Positions 27,744 through 37,000 of a stretch of 61,894 nt of DNA are shown piece by piece. Positions within the stretch are counted from its first letter, which is position 1; every line of letters begins with the position of its first letter. The stretch covers positions 1 to 61,894 of the IMG/VR virus record IMGVR_UViG_3300044568_000567; one strand, given 5' to 3'. Made by a program: the position numbers and the translations under genes. The DNA comes from a virus (Duplodnaviria; Caudoviricetes). A model generated the notes under the pieces. That model was not told the origin of the DNA, did not search any database, and saw nothing but the letters and a program-made list of their open reading frames with translations.

Positions 27744-28433
27744 TTAGCAAGCCCTCTGGTAAGTCTCCTGTGCTTTGTAGACCCATTCTGCTTTGAATCC
27801 CTGCCATCCACGGGAGACGCATTCGGTGATTGCATCCTCCAGCGTCCAACCTGCGTTGTCCGCTTCGTTCTGAATGGCATTTAGTGCCGTTTGAGTTAGT
27901 GGTGATTTCTTTGCCTTCCTGATTTTAAGAAAATCATTCCAGACCTGTTCAGGAACTGAATCTGGTCTATTTATATTATTAGTAGTAGAAGAAGAAGATG
28001 AAGAAGAAGACTGTAGTGTTGCCTTTTGGTTGATACCATTTGGCAAGCAATCTTCAACCACCCTTGCAAGTGTGGTTGAACCACCCTTGAGTATTTTACG
28101 CAATTCGGCAGACTTCTTTCCACCTTCAGCACTTTTCCGCGCCCATTCATTCTGTTTGATGATTTCCTGCTCCAACCTCTCATGCACCATGCATGAAGTG
28201 TCGTTGGGGTGTGGTTTGAACATGGTTGCAACGGTGGTTGCAAGGGTGGTTGAAGCACCCTTGCCAATCAATCGTGCTATTTGATCTGGATTCGATGGAA
28301 TACTTCCGTGCTGCCAACAATAGCAAAGCAAGCGAATGTAAGCACCCTCTTCCTCAAGACTCATCAACGCTACACGTTGAGATCCCAAGTAATCAGCGGG
28401 GTAAAACTGAAACGCTGGACGTTTAATTTTCAT
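27744..28433 (-). CDS. Replication initiator/replisome organiser (DUF1376/YdaU-like N-terminus)
   Basis: PAFQFYPADYL...EEEGAYIRLLCYCWQ; C-terminal WNDFLKIRKAKK...GWQGFKAEW. Confidence 0.85.
   Translation of the reverse strand: MKIKRPAFQFYPADYLGSQRVALMSLEEEGAYIRLLCYCWQHGSIPSNPDQIARLIGKGASTTLATTVATMFKPHPNDTSCMVHERLEQEIIKQNEWARKSAEGGKKSAELRKILKGGSTTLARVVEDCLPNGINQKATLQSSSSSSSSTTNNINRPDSVPEQVWNDFLKIRKAKKSPLTQTALNAIQNEADNAGWTLEDAITECVSRGWQGFKAEWVYKAQETYQRAC
27968..28264. other. Putative replication origin (iterons plus AT-rich tract)
   Basis: About five AACCACCCTTG-like repeats in both orientations inside the initiator gene, next to an AT/purine tract. Confidence 0.6.
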
Positions 28434-28438
28434 AGTTT

Positions 28439-28498
28439 AAAAAAAGACCCACCTCAAGTGATACTCCCGCAAGGAATCTTGTGGGCATGAGGTAGGTC
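28439..28498 (-). terminator. Terminator-like hairpin immediately before the initiator ATG
   Basis: GACCTACCTCA...TGAGGTGGGTC followed by T7. Confidence 0.55.
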
Positions 28499-28555
28499 AA
28501 ATTAGTTGGTTTTTAACGATGGTATCAAACATCGCGCTTCGTCTGAAGCTAACTC

Positions 28556-28583
28556 AAAATATCTAGATTTTGGATTTCGTCAA
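28556..28583 (-). promoter_or_regulatory. Putative promoter
   Basis: TTGACG-N16-TATTTT. Confidence 0.4.
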
Positions 28584-28913
28584 ATTGTTTTTTACAGACC
28601 AATCCCAAATGGACAATAATTCCTGAGCCTTGGGGTCAACATGGTCTTGGTTTAACCCGTACGATTTTAGTTCAATCCATGTACCATCTGGCAACTCACC
28701 AGTGCATTTAACCTCATATCCAACTCCAGCTGCTGCGCTATACTTTCGGTGATCGTAGACGTAAACCTCAACTTGTTTCTTTTTACCTTCGTTGCAACGG
28801 CACTCTTCATGCCCTGCGAAGGTTTTGTAAAACGAGATATCCGATTGTCCAAGGTGATCCTTGAATTGCTTCCATCCATTGCTTGTTAGTTTATCAAAGT
28901 TCAGATCGTTCAT
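28563..28913 (-). CDS. Hypothetical protein
   Basis: ATGA coupling. Confidence 0.6.
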   Translation of the reverse strand: MNDLNFDKLTSNGWKQFKDHLGQSDISFYKTFAGHEECRCNEGKKKQVEVYVYDHRKYSAAAGVGYEVKCTGELPDGTWIELKSYGLNQDHVDPKAQELLSIWDWSVKNNLTKSKI

Positions 28914-29965
28914 AGTTTTGCTTTCTTTGGTTTGTCCTCAACTAGCTTCACAATTTCCTCTGCAACGTCAGGTTGGATTTGGGTGAGATCGTATCCCACT
29001 GCCTCGCAGTACTTCTGCAATTTTGTAGCAGAGATGCTACCTCCGAATAGCTTAATGCTGTCGGATAATGACATTTCGGTGCAATTTCCGATATGTTCGA
29101 TAACCTCCGCAGGGTATGTCTCACGTCCTTTCTGGCGTTGCAGTTTCCATCCATAAACCTTCTCCCCTGCTTGCAGTTTTTGCTTCAGCAGATCTTTTGC
29201 CCAATCGACAAGGTAGTTGTTGAAAATATTGCTCTGTTTTATAAACATTGAGAGTCGATCCACATCACCTGCGAGATGCTCCTGCATTTGCGCTAGGTTG
29301 GTCTGTAGGTCGCTTTCCACAACCGCTAGGGTGGTGGCAACTGGAACTGCAATCTGACCGCACGTTGATGCCTTCTTACACCACTTGCAATAATCGCAAG
29401 CGGACGGGGTTTTGTCTGGGTCGTTGTATGCTGAAAGAACACCCTCGACAACCTGCTTGGCCTCGTCAATTGTCCAGCTATGCGTCACCACACGCTCTTG
29501 ATCACAGAACAGCAGGTGCGTAGTCCATTCGCGAATAGCGTATTCGCCAGTCTCGAAATCGTAGCTTGCTGCCATGTTGCCGTAGGCATAGGCACACTGC
29601 TGCTCGGCGTACGAACGTAGGATTCCTGATTTTAGGTCTAGGCTAGTATGTATAGCAGGGATTCGGCAATCCTCGGTTCCAATGTGATCGATCCCCGGCG
29701 TTTTAACCTTGAGACTATCTTCGTCGGTTACCACCTCATGGTCACCAGCGATTGTCTTGGTCATCTCGACTGCCCACATGACCGCATCTCCATCCTTGGG
29801 ATTCAGATCAAGAAAAGGTTTATTGTTCCCCATGAACATCTCACGGAACGCAAGATCCATGTGAGTCCCGCGAGATGCGGCATAAGATTGACCTTCCTTA
29901 GACTCGAAGCAAGCACACTCAGCCAGCTTTGGAAGTAGTGAATGCCTGATCATTTGGCCTCCCAT
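28910..29965 (-). CDS. PD-(D/E)XK Cas4-like exonuclease (DUF2800-like)
   Basis: RGTHMD, GTED, DLKSG, QCAYA, CDYCKWC...C. Confidence 0.82.
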   Translation of the reverse strand: MGGQMIRHSLLPKLAECACFESKEGQSYAASRGTHMDLAFREMFMGNNKPFLDLNPKDGDAVMWAVEMTKTIAGDHEVVTDEDSLKVKTPGIDHIGTEDCRIPAIHTSLDLKSGILRSYAEQQCAYAYGNMAASYDFETGEYAIREWTTHLLFCDQERVVTHSWTIDEAKQVVEGVLSAYNDPDKTPSACDYCKWCKKASTCGQIAVPVATTLAVVESDLQTNLAQMQEHLAGDVDRLSMFIKQSNIFNNYLVDWAKDLLKQKLQAGEKVYGWKLQRQKGRETYPAEVIEHIGNCTEMSLSDSIKLFGGSISATKLQKYCEAVGYDLTQIQPDVAEEIVKLVEDKPKKAKL

Positions 29966-30609
29966 TTTGCAACTGCTGCGAGAAACTTCTCTGGTGATAC
30001 GATAAGGTTGTCACGATACTTGCCAGCGGGAAGATCATTCCACAACTGACCAACTTTGATCTCACCTTTGCTGATCAGATATGCTGTAGCCGATTCAGCT
30101 TTGGTTGCGATTACTGCCTCTACCTTTGTGAACCAGTTTGGATCTTCTTTGGGTGTTACGGGTGATAGTACTTTTGTGACTGTTGTCCTAGCTTGCGGAA
30201 CGCTAGTGGAGCGTCCCATTGCCATCTCGCCATCGTCATCCAAATCGTCAGAACATACCATTACAAGCGATTGCAAGGCATACCTGCGAGCATAACTGAT
30301 TAAAGACCCGATTCCCTGCGGATCTTCCTTCACTGGTTTCATGTATAGACGTGATTTAATCCACTGACCGCTTGAATGGATTAGCATGGATTCAACGTAG
30401 TATCCGCTTTCGTCGTGTGATGGAAGCTGAACCACAGAAAGTCCGTTTGCGGTTAGTGCTGGTCGTACTGTTTCCCAAACCTGCGCCAATGAAGCGTAGT
30501 TGGATTTGAAGAATGGGTTCTTTGCGTCCTTGTGAACTGTTCCGTTCTCTGCCTGTGCTTTTGATAAAGCGATTGCTAGGTCTGCTATGTTTTCTGATTG
30601 TGTGTTCAT
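29950..30609 (-). CDS. erf: ERF family single-strand annealing protein
   Basis: KNPFFKSNYASL, HSSGQW, PQGIGSLISYARRYAL, DDDG. Confidence 0.93.
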   Translation of the reverse strand: MNTQSENIADLAIALSKAQAENGTVHKDAKNPFFKSNYASLAQVWETVRPALTANGLSVVQLPSHDESGYYVESMLIHSSGQWIKSRLYMKPVKEDPQGIGSLISYARRYALQSLVMVCSDDLDDDGEMAMGRSTSVPQARTTVTKVLSPVTPKEDPNWFTKVEAVIATKAESATAYLISKGEIKVGQLWNDLPAGKYRDNLIVSPEKFLAAVAKWEAK

Positions 30610-30953
30610 TTGTTTTGGTTTGTTTACTGGTTGGTGAATTGGTCAAATTTTGAGCATACGTCAAAATCGTCGTGATTCTCGGAATCGTTGTTTTTTTCTT
30701 TTGCCTTCCGTTTATCGCAATATTCGCGAAATCGATGGAGGATGTTTTCCTGACCCAATCGATAGCAAGCGAAGCAGGACGCAAAAGACAACAAGAAATA
30801 TGAAACTGCGAATGTGGTGGTCATTTGTTTTGTGTGAGTACTAGGGTTATTCCAATGATTGCGAATGCTGGTGCGATTACTATGAACGCATCCAGACAAT
30901 GCTGGAGCGTCACAAGCAAAGGGACTGACGTGAATGTTTCGATGATGCTCATA

Positions 30954-31172
30954 TTAAAAAAGAGCAAGTGCGTTCCGTGCTTCCTCGTCAGATAGGATCA
31001 AATCTGATCCACAATCCAAGTAAGCGTGTTTGCCCGTGGACTGCTGCCAACAGTAGAGGAGTGTCCGTCCGCTGCGTGACTTGAAGGGTTGCTCAGTTCC
31101 ACCGCAAGCGGGGATCCAGTTTCCTTGTGCGGCTTTTTCTGCGAGTTGGTTGATGAGGTCTGTGATGTTCAT
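30954..31172 (-). CDS. Early hypothetical protein
   Basis: Start MNITDL directly after a promoter. Confidence 0.65.
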   Translation of the reverse strand: MNITDLINQLAEKAAQGNWIPACGGTEQPFKSRSGRTLLYCWQQSTGKHAYLDCGSDLILSDEEARNALALF

Positions 31173-31181
31173 AAGATCTGA

Positions 31182-31211
31182 AGAATAATCCAATCTGCTT
31201 GGGAATGTCAA
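31182..31211 (-). promoter_or_regulatory. Early promoter with operator-like spacer
   Basis: TTGACA-N18-TATTCT; spacer contains CCCAAGCAGATTGG. Confidence 0.7.
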
Positions 31212-31375
31212 CAATGTTTTTTTGGAAAGATTCCAGCGGATTTTAAAGCGTCTTTGCACTGGTCGATCAGCAAAGAATCCTTGTGACCATATGCGTCAAC
31301 AACCGCTTGTAGTGCCTGTACCAATTTTGTGTGCGAAGCGTTTTTGTAATGCTCAGAAGATTTGAATAGTTTCAT
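31208..31375 (-). CDS. 55-aa early protein (not in ORF track)
   Basis: MKLFKSSEHY...; A/C-rich leader after the repeat. Confidence 0.55.
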   Translation of the reverse strand: MKLFKSSEHYKNASHTKLVQALQAVVDAYGHKDSLLIDQCKDALKSAGIFPKKHC

Positions 31376-31380
31376 TTTGT

Positions 31381-31427
31381 TGGTTGGGTTTGGAGCGGGG
31401 GTGGAACCCGCTCCGTTTTGGTTTTAG
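31381..31427 (-). repeat. 47-bp intergenic hairpin repeat, copy 1
   Basis: 45/47 identical to 32118-32164; GGAGCGGG-TTCCACC-CCCGCTCC. Confidence 0.9.
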
Positions 31428-32104
31428 AGTTTAGCTTCAGCGTGTGCTGCCTTTGCTGCCTTGAATGCTGCTAGTTTGTTGACTACATCATCTGCGTGTT
31501 CAGTGAAACCATTAGCGCGAGCGTGATCAGCATACTTGTGAGCGTTAGCAGTGGTTGGGTAGGAAAGATCGTAGCAACTAACTACTTTTTCGATTTGCTC
31601 AACAGAACGGATTAACTCACGCTTGGTGAGATCACGAAGACGAGCGAGATCACGGATCCCACGGGTAGCGGTTTTTTTAGATGCAACCTTGGCTTGCTCT
31701 TCCTGAACGTCCGTCAGTGGCTGGACTGACCATGCTTCGCAACGGGGAGTTTGGAAGCGGATAAACTCGGAGAGGTAGCGTTTTGTTTGGTTGAACTCGT
31801 TCCATGCTTTTTTGAGGTTACGTTGAGCTTCAGTGAGAGATGGTGAGTTAATGTTTTTCCATGAAACTCCGTATTCAAGTTCCTCGGAAGGAGCAGTAAG
31901 ATTTTCAAGACTTGTCTTGGAAGAAGCTAATGCTGATTCAGCGTAATCTTTGGAGATCTCAAAAGGAAGTCTTCCGCTACCATTGCATACTCCGTTGAAT
32001 CCCCATCCGTATTCGACAGTGTATCCATGCTTGGCAAGTCTTCCGCTTGGGAGTTTTTGAGTTGATCCGCAGATTTGGCAGGTTCCGATTTGTGTAGCTT
32101 TCAT
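31424..32104 (-). CDS. Early protein with a putative Zn-binding N-terminus
   Basis: GTCQICG...HGY...CNGSG. Confidence 0.7.
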   Translation of the reverse strand: MKATQIGTCQICGSTQKLPSGRLAKHGYTVEYGWGFNGVCNGSGRLPFEISKDYAESALASSKTSLENLTAPSEELEYGVSWKNINSPSLTEAQRNLKKAWNEFNQTKRYLSEFIRFQTPRCEAWSVQPLTDVQEEQAKVASKKTATRGIRDLARLRDLTKRELIRSVEQIEKVVSCYDLSYPTTANAHKYADHARANGFTEHADDVVNKLAAFKAAKAAHAEAKL

Positions 32105-32117
32105 TTGATTTGGTTTT

Positions 32118-32164
32118 TGGTTGGGTTTGGAGCGGGGATTGAACCCGCTCCGTTTTGGTTTTAG
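32118..32164 (-). repeat. 47-bp intergenic hairpin repeat, copy 2
   Basis: GGAGCGGG-TTCAATC-CCCGCTCC. Confidence 0.9.
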
Positions 32165-32364
32165 TTATTTAAAATTTCGCGTCCTGCATTTATTGCAGCA
32201 TCTGCACATTGAGTTTTTCCACGCAAATTCCGCAACTCATGAGGAAAACTCCAGCTAATGGTATTTGCTCCTTCTCCTGCATTGTTTTCTTGTGCTGCAA
32301 AAATGCAGAATTCTTTTCCGTATTTAGAAATTGCTAGGATGGTTTTTTTACTAAGAGTTGTCAT
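32161..32364 (-). CDS. Early hypothetical protein
   Basis: A/C-rich leader; first gene after the promoter. Confidence 0.65.
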   Translation of the reverse strand: MTTLSKKTILAISKYGKEFCIFAAQENNAGEGANTISWSFPHELRNLRGKTQCADAAINAGREILNN

Positions 32365-32418
32365 TTGATTGATTTGGTTTTTGGTTTCGTTGCTGGCGTT
32401 GCGCCTTCAACTGAGATG

Positions 32419-32446
32419 AAGATACCAACCTGCTTGGGTTATGCAA
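32419..32446 (-). promoter_or_regulatory. Early promoter with operator-like spacer
   Basis: TTGCAT-N16-TATCTT with TGn; AT-rich UP region; spacer contains CCCAAGCAGGTTGG. Confidence 0.65.
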
Positions 32447-32566
32447 TAATTATTTTCATTTATTTTTCACCTAGGATAAAAATAGTTAGTTAATTCTATT
32501 GACACCCGCAGATGCCGATAGAATCAAGCTGTACGGATAAGAACCAAGTGACATCCTAGCATCTAA

Positions 32567-32722
32567 CTAGGTTGCCGCGCAGATTTCCATCTTTCGAGGT
32601 CTGCCACCCTTCGCTCCATTAGCCCGTGCTGCCTCAACTTTTTTATCAGACGAAACGCATCCACCCTTGCGTCCAATCTCCGATAAAAACTGCCGCACTA
32701 CATCAGGAATCGTTGTCTTCAT
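32567..32722 (-). CDS. Small basic KGG-motif protein (putative DNA-binding)
   Basis: FLSEIGRKGG...KKVEAARANGAKGGRPRK. Confidence 0.7.
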   Translation of the reverse strand: MKTTIPDVVRQFLSEIGRKGGCVSSDKKVEAARANGAKGGRPRKMEICAAT

Positions 32723-32873
32723 TTTTGTCTCTTTCCTTGGCAACTCGCTTGAATGAATCCCAGTCGATATCGTCGTAGTTGTCCTGATATTTTCGCTCCC
32801 AAGTCTTGGTTCTTGGCTTATCTCCCTTGCCGTTTCGATGCCACTCATTGTTGTCAATCTTTCCGTGGCTCAT
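32703..32873 (-). CDS. Small conserved phage protein
   Basis: GKGDKPR...YQDNYDDIDW motif. Confidence 0.6.
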   Translation of the reverse strand: MSHGKIDNNEWHRNGKGDKPRTKTWERKYQDNYDDIDWDSFKRVAKERDKNEDNDS

Positions 32874-33093
32874 CTTGCTCCTTCGTTTTGAAAACTCCGT
32901 CACGAACGAAAATATGCTCCATCAATTTTGCCGCTAGGACGAACTTGAAACTCGTCTCTTGGAGCGTCCGCATCACGTCATGGTAGACATCGTGCTGAGT
33001 GATTTTGGTTAGGTCGATTTGAGAAAGTACGGCATCAATTGCTTGTTGCGTCTCTTCTTCTCCAGCTTGTTTTGGTGTGTTTGTATCTGACAT
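32854..33093 (-). CDS. Hypothetical protein
   Basis: Tiles the operon. Confidence 0.6.
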   Translation of the reverse strand: MSDTNTPKQAGEEETQQAIDAVLSQIDLTKITQHDVYHDVMRTLQETSFKFVLAAKLMEHIFVRDGVFKTKEQDEPRKD

Positions 33094-33098
33094 ATTTA

Positions 33099-33344
33099 TT
33101 ATTGGTTGAATGTGTTTTTCTCACGCTCGATGAGCATGGCATCTGCGTCCACGAATGACAACTCTGCAACAATCTCAGGCAACTCGCCACTAAATTCTTC
33201 GCTTGCCCTGTAGCCCCGCAGTGATGCCGCTGCGAAGTAATCTCGGATTCCCATTCCAGAGTTTGGCTTTACTGCGGATGTCTTTGCATCACCACCGAAA
33301 TGAGGCACAGGGAATGCAGGGTGGTTGTTGCGTTTAGTAGCCAT
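33099..33344 (-). CDS. Conserved phage protein (PAFP...GMxxRDYFAA type)
   Basis: PAFP...GMGIRDYFAAA...ADAMLIER. Confidence 0.75.
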   Translation of the reverse strand: MATKRNNHPAFPVPHFGGDAKTSAVKPNSGMGIRDYFAAASLRGYRASEEFSGELPEIVAELSFVDADAMLIEREKNTFNQ

Positions 33345-33531
33345 GCAATTTAGCGAGGAACTCGCGTTGAATTTGCCTACGTTCTGGAGTTCTCGTCCAG
33401 AAGAACGCACAGGCTTGATCTACTACAATTGACAACCGACGAATCCACGGATCTTCGTGATCTTCGATTCCGCACTGGTTGCGTCCGATTCCTTTGACTG
33501 GTTTTGTATTTTTCATATTTATTTTTAAAAC

Positions 33532-33654
33532 ATAGCAGGAACGAGGATGCATCCCCTTTTCAGATACGGGTTCCAAAGGTTACGAGTCACCAAGGACTCC
33601 CCGACCTCGATGCGACTCTATTAGAGTTCATCCGTAAATCCATCTGCCTACTAT
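33532..33654 (-). ncRNA. Candidate multi-stem structured RNA (about 123 nt)
   Basis: Closing stem AUAGUAGG/CCUGCUAU with nested stems and internal hairpins. Confidence 0.4.
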
Positions 33655-33659
33655 TAAAT

Positions 33660-33797
33660 TTATTTCTTTTTAGATTTAGCTTTCTTTTGCACGGCATATG
33701 CAATCGCTAGTGATTGCTTCTGTGATTTTCCAGATTTCATTTCAGTTTTTAGATTGCGTTCAAAGCAATTCTGTGATGCACATTTTCGTAGTGGCAT
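33660..33797 (-). CDS. Small basic protein (MPL..S...QxLAIAY type)
   Basis: NLKTEMKSGKSQKQSLAIAYAVQKK. Confidence 0.7.
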   Translation of the reverse strand: MPLRKCASQNCFERNLKTEMKSGKSQKQSLAIAYAVQKKAKSKKK

Positions 33798-33801
33798 AGG
33801 T

Positions 33802-34020
33802 TTATTCTTCTTCGATTCCAAGTGCTGTTTGGAGCGCATCATAGTCTCCATTTCCAGCATCAAGCGCAGCATTTTTTATATCTTCTGGAGCATCTTCAGC
33901 AACCATCAGAACCATATTGTCTGGGAGTTGGTATTCTTCAAACCCAATTTTTTTGTAGTCATTTATATCAGACGTGTTTTTGTCAGCATCTTTTACAAGT
34001 ATAGAGTAATTCTCGCTCAT
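33802..34020 (-). CDS. Small acidic protein
   Basis: Directly follows the giant protein. Confidence 0.65.
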   Translation of the reverse strand: MSENYSILVKDADKNTSDINDYKKIGFEEYQLPDNMVLMVAEDAPEDIKNAALDAGNGDYDALQTALGIEEE

Positions 34021-34023
34021 TAT

Positions 34024-37000
34024 TTATTTATTTTTCTTTTTTGAAGCTAATACCTTTTGAGTATCTTCGTCAACACGCAAAATAAATCCAGCATTTTTTC
34101 GCATTGCTCCAGCAACAGTTTCAGCGGAACCATCGACCACTGTTTCTCCAGCGTGAGTTTCTCTGTATTTCTTGAATATTTGCTCTGGTTTTACTGGATT
34201 TTTAACCAAGAAATTGTTCCCTTTTTCTGGCCCAAGCATTACCCAATCGTATGCCTCATGCTCAACAAAATCAGGATTAGACCTCATTTCGTCTCTCGCC
34301 TTACGCTCCGCTTTAGACATTGCCGCTTCTTCTTTTGGATCCTTTCCAAAATACAAAGCAAAAATATCTGGATTTTGAGAAAGTTCAACCGCAGTTACAA
34401 TATCAAGGTTTTCACCCTCCCTAAAATCTGACGATTCACGCATAACAAGACTTGGATCAAATTTGCCAAACTTAAATGACAATATACTTCCAATTGCTGA
34501 ACCCCTGTCAGAGAATGTATTCCCAATATTATCAGAAATATACAATGATTTGTTATTTTTTAATAATTCATTGTATTCTTTTATATTAACATATTTTTCT
34601 AATTTTTTATTTGCTTTTTCAATGCTGTTTTCTGCCCAGTTTCCAGTTTTAACATTACTAATTGCCTTTTTAATACTAGAAACTGCTTTAAATATTTCAC
34701 CATAAAATCCTTTGGGAGTAATATCTTCCCTTTCTTTTGTAATTTTATTTATTTTTTCATTTATTATTCTAATCTTTTCTGGATCTTTTTTAGCAGAAGA
34801 CATTTGACGTTTTAAAGCGGTTATAGCAGAACTCATTGCTGATTTCTCTCCTGCAATAATTCCTGCTTGCATGGATAATGAAATGATTTCCTTTTCCCTT
34901 TGGCTCAATTTTGATTTTCGCATCATCTTATCAAGAGTCCTTGCGGTTCGCTTGTTTGATTTATGAGCAATTGGATCCATCAAGTGAACCAAAGCGTATT
35001 TCGCTCCATGAGATGCTAACCTATTTTTAGCCCCAGATACAAAGGTGGATGTCATATTTGCCCAGACTGCCTTGTATTTCTTGCCATCTGGCCCAGTAAT
35101 TGTGACTTGGTTTGATTTAAGGAATGGATGCAATGGGCCACCCATATCTCCACCAGTAGCCCTTTGACGATCCGCCTCAAGAAGAATGACTGGTTGTCCT
35201 TTTAGTTCTTTTATTAAGTCTTTGAACTTTGGAACTTCAAGGTATTCAGGATCGTAAGAGAATGACATTTTTCTTCCACCACCAATATCAATTTCAACAT
35301 TTGTTGCTTTATCCCATTGAAATCCTTTTGCTGGAGTGATTCCTTTTATTATTGTTGTTTCAAAGTCTGGAAGCGGTTCATTTTTTCCAATTGGACGTGC
35401 TGGCATGAACTGCAAGCCAGTTGGTTTTACTCCATTAATTTCAACCTCGCTAACTGGAGAATATCTCCCCCTGCCTTTGCTAGATTCAATGCTTCCTGCG
35501 CCTGAATCAGTAAGGTTTCCAATTCGTTTGGTGAGTTGGTTTCCTGTGAGTCCGCTTGCAAGTTCTCGTTTTTTGAGTTTGGTAGACTCAAGTTTTGTAA
35601 GGTACGCTCCATAAGATTCTGGTTTTTTTCCTGACATTACGATTGAATGCGCCCACAGTGCGGCTTGCACTTGTGAAGGCTCCCAACCAATTTCGTTGGC
35701 AATTTCTGTTAATAATTTTTCCGCTAAATCATACTGCGATTTACTTGGTGTGTCTACTCCAAACAATAGACGAGCAATGTGGCGATCAACAACAACACGG
35801 GTTACATCCCCTTCATTTGCTGCCTTATAGTTTGAAATCTTTCGACCCGAAACATCTGTTTTGTTTTTGATGGCATTTAGGTTACCGATAACTGCATCAA
35901 GATATCCTCCCTTTTTTTGTCCACGCAACCTTGCATCAAATTCTTCACCTCGCATTAACTGACCAAATGCCTTTAAAGCAAGACCTACATTGGCCTTTAC
36001 AGATGATGCTTGAGAAGTAACAGCAAGAATCTCTTGGAATAGTTCAGCATAGTCACCAAAGAAATCTTCCAAAACTTCCTGATGTTCTTTATACCAATCT
36101 CTCCATGATTCTTGACTCAAAGCAGCATCAGTAAGTGCTTTTTTTGTCATTTTTAATTTTAATGAATCTTTGTTTTTTTTGGTTTTTTCTTCTCTCTCCG
36201 CTGGCATGAACTGCAAGCCTGTTGCTCTAGGCAACTCGTCTTGCACTGGCTTATCGTTCTTATCGAGAATCTTTATAAGATTCTCATCGAAGACAACGTA
36301 GTTGTATGTTGGTGCTGTCTCAGCACTTTTAATTTGTTTTTCAAGAGCAGCAAGTTCTTTTTCGCTTGCAGTTAACCAATCTTCAAATTGCTTCCGCATT
36401 TCCCAATCTCTTGGGTTGTTTTCAAGTGTTTTTCGTAATTGCGGAACTTCTTTAAGAAGCTCGTCCCGACGATTGGTATCGGAGGCACTTGTTCTACTCA
36501 TGCCGTCTAGGTAGCGGATGCCGGGGATGCCTGCTGTAAACAATGCTTCTGACGTTGCTTTAGTATTTTCTGGCAATGTATAAACATTATTATCCTCATT
36601 AGTGTTAATTTGTTTACTTAATTCTTGTGCAATATCATTGTAGAACACGCTCATTGGTTGTTCTTGAAAATCTTCGTCTCCAACTAAACCTGAATTTTCA
36701 ACAACTTCGTAAGACTTTCTTGCTAAAATAGCTTGCGTTTTGCTTGCGTTTTTTCTGAATTCTTTATCTTTTAATTGATCTGCAATTTTTGTAATTAAAG
36801 ATTTTACCTTTTCACTCTGCTCACTCAATGGCTTATCCCAATCAAGCAAGTCTTCGTCTTTTACATCGAGATCAACTTTGTAGAGATTGCCTGTTGGTTC
36901 CATGACATCATTTGGCCCAGTCCAAACATCCATAGCTTTTTTAACTTTATCACTTGCTTCAGAATATGTTTTTTGAAATGCTGTATTCCAATCGTCACCT

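Noticed and set aside
27743-27880. N-terminal extension of ORF 26738..27880
   Set aside because: Overlaps the initiator gene; the coupled ATG at 27742 fits better
32130-32152. tRNA 3' fragment as attP core
   Set aside because: Only a T-arm-like hairpin, present in two copies, and no integrase is encoded
32493-32524. Plus-strand TTGACA...TAGAAT promoter, or lox-like 12-8-12 imperfect inverted repeat
   Set aside because: The 14-nt spacer is too short, there is no plus-strand gene and no recombinase; probably a simple hairpin
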